A DNA stretch of 64,000 nt from the NCBI RefSeq assembly GCF_001194135.2, contig NC_069008.1, positions 14,668,041 through 14,732,040 on the forward strand, in the 5' to 3' direction. Positions 1 through 11,470 of this stretch are shown here, in pieces. Made by a program: the position numbers and the translations under genes. Positions within the stretch are counted from its first letter, which is position 1, and each line of letters begins with the position of its first letter. The notes beneath the pieces were generated by a model. The model saw nothing but the letters and a program-made list of their open reading frames with translations, had not been told where the DNA came from and did no database searches. Origin of the DNA: Octopus bimaculoides. Its lineage: Eukaryota.

Positions 1-1699
1 GACGTTAACAGAATTTTAACTTGGAATGTAAAGAGCTGGAAGAAATGCTGCTAAGCATCTTGTCCAGCCGGCTAACGATTCTGCCAGCTCACTATCTTCA
101 TTCATGATATATTTTAGTTTCAAATTTTAAGTAGAAGACCATTAAGTACATGGGAGAGTGTAAATCAATTCATCAACTCAAGTGCTCAACTGGTACTTAA
201 TTTATCAACCCCAAAGAGATAAAAGGCAAAGTGGACCTTGGCAGAATTTGAACTCAGAGCATTAAGATGGACAAAATAACACTTAGTATTTTACCCAGCG
301 TGTTAACAATTCTACCAATTTCCCACCTTGTCCTTGACACATATAGAAAACATCACACATGTCTTTCATTGGCAAGTAATTTGGAATAATAATCAATAGT
401 TACATTTTCTTTTTTAAATCTTTGTTATCGATTCCATTTCCCAATTTCAGAAATACCCATGTTACAATACCCTTATGTGCTGGTCCTATATTAGTATTAT
501 GTGACTAATTATGTGATCAGGTGTGACTGTGTGGTTAAGAAGTTTACTTCCCAACAATTTAGTCTTGGCATCAGTCCAGAGCCGGATAAGGCACATAGAA
601 ACCCTAAGCCCATCAAAGATATACATGTATGTAATTAAAAATATAAACAATAATAAACCACAGAATAAATTTTTATTTTGTCAAAATGAAACAAAACCAA
701 GAGAAAGATGGAAAATAATGTTTATTTTTGCACACATCCACTTTATTTATATTTGAAAAGCTTTCTCCTAGTTTTTTAACTACAAAGTCTTTCATTAGAT
801 CCTCACTGTGACACCATGAACACTTCAAAATTATATTTCTGATCATATAAACCACTTTTTGTGCCATAAACCATTTACCATTTCTGTGGTTCCTTTCTTC
901 CCTTGATGCTCTAAGCATGGGCTTATTTTGATTAACGGTTAATCCAGTACTGGGTCAATCCCACTGCATGGCACCTAGGGCAAGTGTCTTCTACTATAGC
1001 CCCAGGCTGGCCAAAGCCTCGAAAGTGAATCTGGTAAATAGAAACTGAAAGAAGTCTGTCGTAAATGTGTGTGTGTGTCCTGGACCACTGCTTGACAACA
1101 GGTGTTGGTTTGTTTACATCCCCGTACACTAGCTGTTCGACAAAAGAGTTCGGCAGAATAAATAACAGTCTTAAAAATAAGTACTGGGATCGATTTGTTC
1201 GACCAAATCCTTCAAGGCGGTGCTCAAGCATGGCCGAAGTCCGATGACTGAAACAAGTAAAAGATATGGACAAAACTACTTTTCGTTTCACCCATTCAGG
1301 ATAGCCAAGTCAATTTTGTACATTCCGCAGCTTTTGGTTTCATTTTAATCTACATAACGCTTATATGTACCTCAAACGAAAGATCTTGCAAATTTAGTGT
1401 ATAAAATATATTCCTACAACCGAGTTCTGACAAATGAATTAAGTCCAAAATTAGCTGCAGTAATAACTTTGTCATTTACTCTCTCACCATGTCTCTTTCT
1501 ATCGTTCTAGTTCTCTCTCTCTCTCATAAATACAGTCTTTATCTCTCTTTCACACTCTCTCTATATCTCTATCTTCCTCTCTCTCTCTTATAAATATGCA
1601 CACTCTTTTTCTCTCTCGCTACGTCCGTATGTCTCTTTCTATCTGTCCCTCTCATAAATATACACACACTCTCTATCGTTCTCTCTCTTTCTCCATGTA

Positions 1700-1900
1700 T
1701 ATATGATAGCTATTTCCCGGCACTTCATGAACGATTCCATTAACTCGTAGCTTCGTGGTGCTATCCTATCTAAATCTCTTGTTAACCCCATACCAAATGC
1801 TATCATCTTGTAAGTATCTTTAATATATCTAACACAAACACTTTTACACTTGGCTGTTTTTTAAACTATAAATATTAAAACATTTAACAATGTTATTAGG
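1700..1900 (+). promoter_or_regulatory. Putative non-coding first exon of ZNF-1 with GTAAGT donor at 1810; homologous blocks at about 18375-18560 (donor 18499) and 19310-19460
   Basis: ttaacc.catac..gtaagtatcttt..cacaaacact..ttttacacttgg shared; homologous acceptors tttacag|tt.tgctaa at 4431 and 20202. Confidence 0.5.
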
Positions 1901-3161
1901 GCAACCAGCTTTGATGTTGAATCCATAACATAATATAACGAGGAAACTTTCAGCTATAAATCAATCGCAGGGAAAAATACAAACCAGTCAGTTTATTCAG
2001 TAATTGAACTATTAACTTATTAACGAAAAGTAATTAATCATTAGCGATATATATAAATATATATATATATCATAAGGTTCCAGTCTCTGTTTAAAATTAG
2101 AACAAAGTGACTGGGTTTTAATTGCTTTGTTCTGAACAAAGTTAGCTTCCTCGTGTTATTTATTCTTTTTCCTTTTACTTATTATCTATGCACACAAATA
2201 ATATGAACTTTCGATGTCAATTAAAATGGATTGTAAACAATTAACAGTGTAATGTAGTTTGTAATGAAATGAAATATGCAATCCTGAAGGTGGTGGAACA
2301 TCGACCCTGAAACATATAGGTCGCCTTGTCTTATCCGCAAACATTACCGTTCACCTTAACGCGAGGTAATTCATACATACGAAATAATGAGACTTAGCTC
2401 ATGTAATTAAAAACATAATGAGTGGGTAATGTTTTTTTTTAACATTTTGCCCTCAACTAAGAAACAAATCTATTAATCTGCACACACCCATATATATATG
2501 CATGTACGTATATATATATATATATATGCATGTACGTATATAGAGAGAGGGGGCGGAATTTTCTTTATGCATGCCATATAACCTCTTATAACTTTTTCAT
2601 TTTTTGGAATTTTCAGAAAGTGTTTGCGAATTTGTTTTCTACACACGGGAAATTTTACTACTATGCAAAAACAAAAACAAAAAAAAAATCAATTTTTCGA
2701 ACTTATTTTTTTTATTATTATTATTAAATAACAGTTTACGGACAGTCGGAATTGTTTAAATCCCAGCAACAGACCATTAAATGTATTNNNNNNNNNNNNN
2801 NNNNNNNNNNNNNNNNNNNNNNNNNNNNNNNNNNNNNNNNNNNNNNNNNNNNNNNNNNNNNNNNNNNNNNNNNNNNNNNNNNNNNNNNNNNNNNNNNNNN
2901 NNNNNNNNNNNNNNNNNNNNNNNNNNNNNNNNNNNNNNNNNNNNNNNNNNNNNNNNNNNNNNNNNNNNNNNNNNNNNNNNNNNNNNNNNNNNNNNNNNNN
3001 NNNNNNNNNNNNNNNNNNNNNNNNNNNNNNNNNNNNNNNNNNNNNNNNNNNNNNNNNNNNNNNNNNNNNNNNNNNNNNNNNNNNNNNNNNNNNNNNNNNN
3101 NNNNNNNNNNNNNNNNNNNNNNNNNNNNNNNNNNNNNNNNNNNNNNNNNNNNNNNNNNNNN

Positions 3162-3195
<34 letters not shown>

Positions 3196-3198
3196 GTT

Positions 3199-3265
3199 GA
3201 GTAATAACCGATTGTTTCGTATCCATAAAAGTGCTTAGGCTAAAAGACGGCTCATCAGACTCTAA
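3199..3265 (-). ncRNA. Hammerhead-like motif; inverted 3' half at 3283-3320
   Basis: Minus strand gagt CTGATGA gcc...ggatac GAAAC aatcg GTT; plus-strand half ctaagcgctttatggatgcaaaaccaatggtc; stems weak. Confidence 0.5.
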
Positions 3266-4003
3266 TGGCCGCGTCTATGACGCTAAGCGCTTTATGGATG
3301 CAAAACCAATGGTCACTATATGATCGGTCATATAATTAACTGCCTATAAATATGAGGTTTATGTATTTGTTTTGCAAGATATCTGATGTAAAAATTGTGT
3401 GTTGAAACGGATATTATTATATTTCGGGATGGTCCTTTTTTTTTCTGCCAAATAAACGTACACTATATTCGTTCTCCACTTCAGATTTATTTTATTAATT
3501 TTCTTATTTTATGTCATTTGTTTGGAAATCTTTCGTCACACTTCCTGTGACCTCTTCAGCGACTCTCCATCCCACCTAACTTCTATTCTGTTTGGTCCAC
3601 TATGGATTGAACAGAAATGGAAAGTCACTCAAGAAATCACAGGACGTGTGACGAAAGATTTTCAGACTAAGGATAATGAATAAGAACAATAATAAATTTG
3701 AAGTGAAGAACAAATATATAATGTGTGTGTTTATTTGGCAAAAAGAAAAAACGACTATACTGAAATCTAACAGTACCTATAAATACATTACTGCTCTAAT
3801 GTTTAGAGTAGTCGTGTATTTCCTCCGCAGTAAAAACCTGTTCTGTACCCTTCTTTCATACGTTAACCCCCTTATCTTCTAGCATAAAGCTACCTCTCTC
3901 TCTCTTTACTGTAGATCCACTCACTCGAAGGGATGGTCATATTTTTTCTCCCCAATAAACACATGCACCATTTATTTGATCTTGACTTCAGCTTTATTAT
4001 TAG

Positions 4004-4225
4004 TAAGGCGGCAAGCTGGCTAAATCGTTAGCACGCCGGGTGAAGTGCCTAGTGGTATTTCGTCTGCTGCTATGTTCTGAGTTCAAATTCCACTGAGGTT
4101 GACTTTGCCTTCCATCCTTTCGGGAGTCAATAAATTAAGTACCAGTGAAATACTGGTATCGATGTAATCAACTGTCCCCCTCTGCACCAATTTCAGGCCT
4201 TGTGCTTATAGTAGAAAGGATTATT
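4004..4225 (+). mobile_element. tRNA-derived SINE, abundant family (also 12-310 -, 14952-15162 +, 54780-55000 -, 55773-55955 +, 59520-59730 -)
   Basis: ggcaagctggc..gagttcaaattcc..gactttgcctt.catcctttcggg..gataaattaagtaccag shared by all copies. Confidence 0.85.
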
Positions 4226-4758
4226 CTGTCAGAGTTCTTTCACACATTCTGTAACCAGTGGCTTTCTGTTCATCATGTCTCCTCTTCTCTCTGGTCTTTT
4301 CCTTTCTATTCCATTTTTCTTTTGTCATTTTGTCACATATATATACATGTGTACATGCAAGCAGGTACATTTTTCTCTGCAACATCTAACATTGTCATTT
4401 TTCTTTTTTTAATTTTTTAAATATTTTACAGTTGTGCTAACTGAACAGTCCATTACAACCTCTTGAAGAGTTTCCACCAGAAAGTCTGCTTCCAGCCATT
4501 TGTTGAGGTTGCAGAGTTTTCAACCAACACAACATTCATCAATCACACCAGCATTTCCTCTTATGCAAATAGCTATTTTGTGTCATTTAGGAAGAATCCT
4601 GTTTGCAACAAGCATTCAAATTGTCCAAAGAAAATATACCTATATCACATTTGTTCTACAATTTGTAAACAGAAGTCTGTGATATCTGAGACCAGCAACA
4701 GAACTGTAATAGTTTAACTCACATTTATCAGTTTTTCAAAACTTCCTCAAGAATTAAT

Positions 4759-6171
4759 ATGGAGAACGTTAATCACTTGGACACTCCAAACAATGTTTTT
4801 AATGACAGAGATACAGAGACAGGCAGAGATGAGAAAGCTGTACATAGTGAAACATTTATCAAACAAGAGCCATTGTACAGGGATGTTCCTGAATTTAGCT
4901 GTGAGATTTGTAAGGAAACTTTTCCTTCAGAACAAGAAGTTTTAACACACAAAGAAATGCATTCTGGAGAAAAACAGTTTCAGTGTGGAATATGTGAGAA
5001 ATCTTTCAGTCAAAATTCTCATCTTGCTATCCACATACGTAGTCACACCAAAGGAAAACCATTTAACTGCCAAATCTGTGAGAAATCCTTCAGTAGTAGG
5101 TCTCATCTTGCAGCTCATGTGCGAATACATACTGGAGCGAAATCATTTTACTGTGATATATGTGGCAAATCGTTTATCACTAACAGTCACTTGAAAAGAC
5201 ATAAACAAATACATGGAGGAGATAAACTGCATCAATGTGAAGTGTGTGGGAAGACGTATATTGATTATTCACAATTGATAATTCACACACGTAGTCACAC
5301 TGAAGAAAAGCTGTATCATTGTAATATATGTAACAAATCTTTTGATAAAAAGAGTAATTTAACAGAGCATGAAAGAATTCACACTGGAGAAAAGCCATTT
5401 CACTGCGAAATATGTGGGAAATCCTTCACTGATAATCCTAAACTTGTCGCTCACAAAAAAATCCACTCGGGTGAAAAACCATTTCACTGTCAAATCTGTG
5501 AGAAATCCTTCAGTAATAGGTCTTATCTTGCAGTTCATGTGCAAATACATACAGGAGAGAAACCATTTTACTGTGATATATGTGGCAAATCGTTTATCAC
5601 TAACAGTCACTTGAAAAGACATAAGCAGATACATGGAGAAAATAAACTGCATCAATGTGAAATGTGTGGGAGGAAATATATTGATTATTCACAGTTGATA
5701 ATTCACAGGCGTAGACACAATGGAGAAAAGCCCTATCATTGTGAAATATGTGAGAAATCTTTTGGTAAAAAGAGTAATTTAACAGAACATGTAAGAATTC
5801 ATACAGGAGAAAGCCCATTTCACTGTGAAATTTGTGGGAAATCTTTTACCAAAAATTCACATCTTGTAGTTCACGAAAGAATCCACACTGGAGAAAAACC
5901 TTATCAGTGTGAAATCTGTGGGAAGGCTTTTGTCTCTAAAAGTGATCTAAACAGACATAAAAAGATTCATACAAGACAGAAGACATATAAATGTGATATA
6001 TGTGATGAATATTTTGTCTGTAATCGTTATTTAACAAATCACAAAAGAATACACGCTGGAGAAAGCATCTTTCATTGTGAAATATGTGAGAAATCATTTA
6101 TCACTGAGAGTCTTTTAAAAAAACATAAACAAATACATTCTGAAGGGAAATCTGCTGAAGAGGAGACTTGA
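4759..6171 (+). CDS. Poly-C2H2 zinc-finger protein (ZNF-1), 470 aa, 15 fingers, no KRAB/SCAN/ZAD recognisable
   Basis: Uninterrupted ORF with 15 CxxC-x12-HxxxH units and TGEKP-type linkers; start context AGAATTAATATGGAG shared with the other cluster genes. Confidence 0.95.
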   Translation: MENVNHLDTPNNVFNDRDTETGRDEKAVHSETFIKQEPLYRDVPEFSCEICKETFPSEQEVLTHKEMHSGEKQFQCGICEKSFSQNSHLAIHIRSHTKGKPFNCQICEKSFSSRSHLAAHVRIHTGAKSFYCDICGKSFITNSHLKRHKQIHGGDKLHQCEVCGKTYIDYSQLIIHTRSHTEEKLYHCNICNKSFDKKSNLTEHERIHTGEKPFHCEICGKSFTDNPKLVAHKKIHSGEKPFHCQICEKSFSNRSYLAVHVQIHTGEKPFYCDICGKSFITNSHLKRHKQIHGENKLHQCEMCGRKYIDYSQLIIHRRRHNGEKPYHCEICEKSFGKKSNLTEHVRIHTGESPFHCEICGKSFTKNSHLVVHERIHTGEKPYQCEICGKAFVSKSDLNRHKKIHTRQKTYKCDICDEYFVCNRYLTNHKRIHAGESIFHCEICEKSFITESLLKKHKQIHSEGKSAEEET

Positions 6172-6704
6172 AAAATTGTTCTGTTTATCTTTTACTGGCT
6201 TCAGTTATTAGACAGCAGCCATGCTGGAGCAACACCTTCAAGAATCTTAGTCGAACAAATTGACCTCAGTACTTTTTTTTTTTTGTTAACCATGGTACTA
6301 ATTATGTTGGTCTCTTTTTGCTGAACCACTAAGTTATGGGGATATGTACACACCAACACCAATTTTCAAGCAGTGGTGATGGGACAGACACAAAGACACA
6401 TACAAATATATATATATATATATATATCCAAAAATGATTTCAAAGGGATATGTAATCCAGGCAGTTACCATGTTTCCTCTTAAATCGGTTTTGTATGCTG
6501 GCTAACCACAGTGAATGTTGTTGATACCCAAATTAGCAATAAGTTGCTAGACTCTGGTAATTTTTCTCACTTGGTAAATCCAAGTCTTCTATCCAGTACT
6601 GCATAGTTTCCATAGAGTAAGTAATAGTATTAATAATGATCAGGGGAATGAAGATTTGCCACATCTATAATTTTATTAAACAGTTATTTACAGCATTCTT
6701 TTGT

Positions 6705-6782
6705 GGACCTACATGCATTTCGACTGCACACTGTTAGATGTGCATCCTGGGCGTTATTGTCAGTATAGTTTTATCAGAGCCC
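6705..6782 (-). ncRNA. Decayed type I hammerhead ribozyme (left arm of inverted repeat 6684-6799)
   Basis: gggct CTGATAA ...gtgcagtc GAAA tgcat GTA ggtcc; core has one G-to-A change relative to CUGAUGA. Confidence 0.65.
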
Positions 6783-6799
6783 ATTGTTTACTGCCATTC

Positions 6800-8033
6800 A
6801 ACGTTAAGCTGGCATGAGAAACATGGATTGGTGCTGGACTGATAGACAGCCTTGGGACTTTGGTTTGCACTGGCACTCCCTTAGGTTGGCCCCAGATGGT
6901 GGCCTGAGTGTTCCTATAGCATCTTGGTAGGTGCAATCCTGGTTGAATGGCCTTCATTCCTGAGGAAACTACGAATACAAAAATGAGTCTGCAGCAAATC
7001 CACAATACCATACAGCTGTCAGGCACTGTAAAACCAGTGGCTCTGGGGATAAGGAAGGGTCTCCATGTCAGCCCCAATCATGCCAAGGTGAAGAACGACC
7101 AACTTACTCCTGATCAGGGAATAACGGATCCTGACACCAGTGTCCCATCGTCGCTGATCCTACATAAGGGACAGGCCGGGCCATTTTGTTCTCGATTATG
7201 ATTCCCATTCTCTAGTTCTTCAGGGTAATCAACTCCCTGACAATCTTGCTGTGGATCCTTTTGCTGATATCAGGCTCCCCACGCATGTCCCCTCCTCACT
7301 GAATGAGGACAGTGTGCCCACTGGCGATCCTTCAGGAAGTGATGTGACCCTCAGCCCATCAATGGACAACTTCACCCTCGAGATTCCATGCATATTGATC
7401 TTGTTGCTATGCCCACTCTGCCCTCAACACCTCTTAAGTCCCATTGCCTAGAGTCTCCACTTAATGGACAGGCACAATAAGAAGCCTGTTTATCGATGCA
7501 GCCTGTGTAGCAGAGAAAGCAGCCACTTACACTCAATTAGGTGCCACATCGCCAAGTGCAGGGGCAGCACTGATTTTGAAGATCCCAACACCCCACACTT
7601 ACCATGTCCCTGTGAAGTATGCAATTAGACTATTGCAGCACAAGCATTACCAGTATCCTGTGCAGTTGAACTGGCACAAAAGAGAGGGAATCATGCTAGA
7701 CTTGCAAGGGCTATTGGGCAAGCCCCCCAGAGGTTGTTGGATGGAAGAGGAAGTCAATCCTCCTCGAGAAGGAGAAGGAACTGCTGGAGGCTGAGTGCAA
7801 AAGTGTCAATGTGGCCATCACCCCCTTTCTGCCTAATAAAGCCATCATACAGATCAGATCTAAAAGAACTGACCTGGTACACTGAAAGCATAAGAGACAG
7901 TGTCCACTACCACCAGTACCATGACCATTGCCACCTGATTCAAGCCACGATGCATAGGAATCCATTCGATGCCAGGAATGCATACAAACACCGACATGTG
8001 AAGCTCCATCAATACGTGCGATTTCAGAACTTC
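6800..8033 (+). mobile_element. 5' fragment of an R2-type (RLE) non-LTR retrotransposon ORF: CCHH, CCHC, CCHH fingers plus Myb domain; pseudogenised; no RT visible
   Basis: CPLCPQHLLSPIA*SLHLMDRH; CSLCSRESSHLHSIRCHIAKC; CEVCN*T..(fs)LLQHKHYQYPVQLN; WMEEEVN(fs)LLEKEKELLEAECKSVNVAITPFLPNKAIIQIRSKR; later KLHQYVRFQ. Confidence 0.78.
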
Positions 8034-8050
8034 GAATGGCAGTAAACAAT

Positions 8051-8127
8051 GGGCTCTAATGATACTGCACTGACCATAACACCAGGAAATGCATCTAACA
8101 GTGTGCAGTTGAAATGCGTGTAGGTCC
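8051..8127 (+). ncRNA. Decayed type I hammerhead ribozyme (right arm of inverted repeat 8034-8148)
   Basis: gggct CTAATGA t actgca..tgcagt t GAAA tgcgt GTA ggtcc; 6-bp stem II; a different core mutation from the left copy, so the consensus is CTGATGA. Confidence 0.7.
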
Positions 8128-8148
8128 ACAAAAGTATGCTGTAAATAA

Positions 8149-8487
8149 TATAAGAAAAACTAATATTAGATTATCCTGTAAACCCAAGATTAATAAAAAT
8201 CAATTCACAATTATAATTATCCCCATAGTGATAAAAGCACAATTAATAAACATAATGATATGAATAATCAAATTATTACCTCCAATACCAACACCACTGT
8301 TTATCCATATAATGCTCTGAATAATAATATGAAACCACATACTCATTTCATCAACTCTAACAAATCTAAAAGGGATTACAACATACCTATAAATAACAGT
8401 CACCCTGAAAAATGTAATAAAATTTGGTTAATTATTTCACATGCAATGCAAATTAAAAATAACATTGTTAAATCTATATTTAAGGTC
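8149..8487 (+). repeat. Duplicate of Penelope-like internal segment 10450-10770
   Basis: gtgataaaagcacaattaataaacataatgatatgaataatcaaattattacc and its flanks are shared with 10450-10770. Confidence 0.85.
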
Positions 8488-8529
8488 ATAGATGTGGAAA
8501 ATCTCCTTTCTCCTGATTATTATTAATTA

Positions 8530-8745
8530 ATTATATAATTTCAGTCTGCTATAATGAATTCATAACCTCATATAAAACATCCAAGAATATATTTTTGTTT
8601 TTTCCCCCTATGAAGATATGCTCAGGTCATATGAATATAAATTTGATATTTACTGAAACAGCTGTAAGTGAAGATGATTAATTTGCTGTTAATAATAAAC
8701 AATTATTAACTTCCCAATCTCCATTTTCTTTTCTTCTTTTATATG
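8530..8745 (+). repeat. Penelope-type terminal repeat with degenerate hammerhead 3' half (GAAACAGCTGTA); second copy at 14088-14300
   Basis: ttcagtctgctataatgaa...aacagctgtaagtgaa...aataaacaattattaacttc shared between the two copies. Confidence 0.65.
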
Positions 8746-8971
8746 AATAGAGACAATATGTTTTTATATATATATATATATATATATACACCTATTATTT
8801 TAAGAAAATTAATTCCTCAAAAATACTAAGTATTGGACCAGTATTTCCTTGAATGAAACCATCTCTTCACAAGGTTAACAACCGCTAATTGAATTTAATA
8901 ATTAACTTTTATTTATTGCTCTAGTAATATATATATATATATATATATAAAAGGTCTATACTGGTGGCAAA

Positions 8972-11470
8972 ATGGAGATAATTAAAACTGATACATCTTT
9001 AAAAGATATGTCTATATCACCTAAGAATGTTTATATGAAGGAGCTAATATCAAAAACCAATGAATTCATCCGCAGACTCAGATGGCGAGCCTTGTACTTT
9101 GATGATAAACAAGATACACAAAATATAAACCCCAATAGTAAAATGGAGAAAATATCTAGAAACTTCAAAACCAAGAAAACCCTGTAACCACCTTGATCAT
9201 TTGAACAAGAACTTTGGACCACCATCAAAAATACTAAGTTTATCAAACACCCACTTAGAAGAAATACACACCAAAGAAAACTCAAGGATTTATTACAAAA
9301 CCTAAAATCCAAGGACGGAATTATTGTGCATTCAGATAAAACTAATAATGTATATAACCTTAGCATAGGTACATATGACCTACTAGAAAATGAAATCACA
9401 AAGAAATGCAAAATAGTAAACAAAAATGTGCTTAGAACCATTAATTTAGATGCAAAAGAAATCGTGTCTGAATATCGCATTGATGATAAAACTGAACCAT
9501 TCATACCTACCAGACCTCAGATAACACTAAAAGGTCATAAAGACAACTTCCAAACCAACTCTAAAGTTTGATTAATATGCCCTGGTAAGTCCGACCTAGG
9601 TAGATTAAGCAAAATAATGCTAGATAAATATGTACCCATACTTAGAAATAAAACATCTGTTGAACTATGGTCTAACACTCAAGATGTTAACTGGTTTAAT
9701 GAAATTCCAAACAAGGATAAACAAATTCTTACAAATAGACATTTCCAATTATTTCTCTGTCAACCCTATCGTACTAAACAGTCCCCTTTTTGTAAAAAAA
9801 ATATACTAACCTTAGTATGAATGAAATTAATGTTATCCTAATGGCTCATAAATCTATAATCAATTTTGTCAAATTTTGGGCTAGAAAAGACACTCCTAAT
9901 TGTTTTGACATTACAATGTGTGCCATGGATTCCACCCAATTGACATCTTGTTGGAATCGATCTTCTTTTTGGCCTGCATGATGAATTTTCAGAAATTAGG
10001 GGTGGATTATATAGGGATGATGCACTTTTCACTATAGAAAATGCATCTAACAGGAAATTAGAGTTACTCAAAAGATTTTACAAATTTTTCAAAAAGCACA
10101 GACTTTCTATCTCTATTGAGAAGGATAATAATTCAGTTACTTTAATCTAACAACCTGATTGCATGAACCTTTCCACAAATTAAATTCTAATTTAAGCTAC
10201 ATTAACTTCCAAAGTAATCATCCAAGATAATTAAAAATGCATTATCTTCCAACATTGGTAAGAAACTAACCTATTTATCTTCTAATGAAGAAATATTTAA
10301 TAGATGTGGAAATAGAGATAAAATAAAGTCTCGATCAAACAGCAAATATAAGTAAAAGTAAACATATAACTAGTAATCCACATACTTATAAACCAGCAAT
10401 TGATAATGAGAACAAACCCAAAATTAATTCAAAGCAACTTCACAATAGCAAACATAACATAAGAAAAACTGATATCAAAATTATCTTAACTCAAGATTAA
10501 TGAAAAACAGTCAATTATAATTATCTCCACTGTGATAAAAGCACAATTAATAAACATAATGATATGAATAATCAAATTATTACCTCTGATACCAACACCA
10601 CTGCTGATCCATATAATGCTCTGAATAATATGAAACCACATACTTATTTCATCAACTCTAACAACTCTAACATACCTATAAATAACAAGCACCCTGAAAA
10701 ATCTAATAAAATTTGGTTAATTATTTCACATGCAATGCAAATTAAAAATAATTGTTAAATCTATATTTAAGGCCATTCATAAATATTTTAACGCTGATAA
10801 TAGATATAATGAAATCATAAACCACAAAACCATCAGGATTGGTTTTAGCCTAACTACTGACTTATTTACAATTTTATCATCAGTTAACAACAGAAAATTA
10901 AATGAATTCTACACCAATAGAAATACCCTTCTACTAATTCTCCTAAACTTAAACTATATCTCCCAAACTCCACCAACTCTAATAATAATGGCCACATAAT
11001 TCCTAATGTGGGAAGTGTAATAACCCATATTAACTTCATTAATATCAATTTTTCTAATAATACACACATAATAACATTTATGAAAATTGTGACTGTAGAG
11101 ATGGAACTAATTGTAAATTTAAGAAGTCATGTAAGGAAGAAATGTAGTCTATCACTGCACAGTTGAAGCTCTGGGGAAAAAACATTTTTACATAGGGTCC
11201 ACCAAGAATAAAGTAAAGACTTGTGTGTCTAACCGTCTCCAATCCTTTAAAATAAACAGAAAATTAAACTCCACCAGATTCAGTAAATTTATGTGGGAGT
11301 TAAAAGATATTGAATTTGAAATTAAATGGGATGTCATTGCTTCAGCAATGGCTTGTAAAATCAATTACAAGAAATGTAATCTATGCATCACAGAGGCCTT
11401 CCATATTCTCAGAATGCCCTGAAAAGAGAAAAATATTTCTTGTATTCATACAGGAAAATGTGTTCTCTAA
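8972..11470 (+). mobile_element. Penelope-like retroelement (RT plus GIY-YIG), fragmented
   Basis: KNVYMKELISKTNEFIRRLRWRA; VHSDKTNNVY; ITLKGHKDNF..LICPGKSDLGRLSK; GLYRDDAL; YIGSTKN...SKFMWELK...CNLCITEAFHIL. Confidence 0.85.

Noticed and set aside
4942-5818. Antisense and alternate-frame ORFs over the ZNF genes (also at 20525, 40536-42159, 48775-49225)
   Set aside because: Shadows of the repetitive finger codons; no independent protein features.
4759-6171. 84-nt periodic repeats as a CRISPR-like array
   Set aside because: The period is the 28-aa C2H2 unit in an open frame; no invariant repeat-spacer structure or cas genes.
6800-6982. HDV-like ribozyme expected in an R2 5'UTR
   Set aside because: Could not identify a convincing P1/P3/L3 arrangement by eye; needs a descriptor search.
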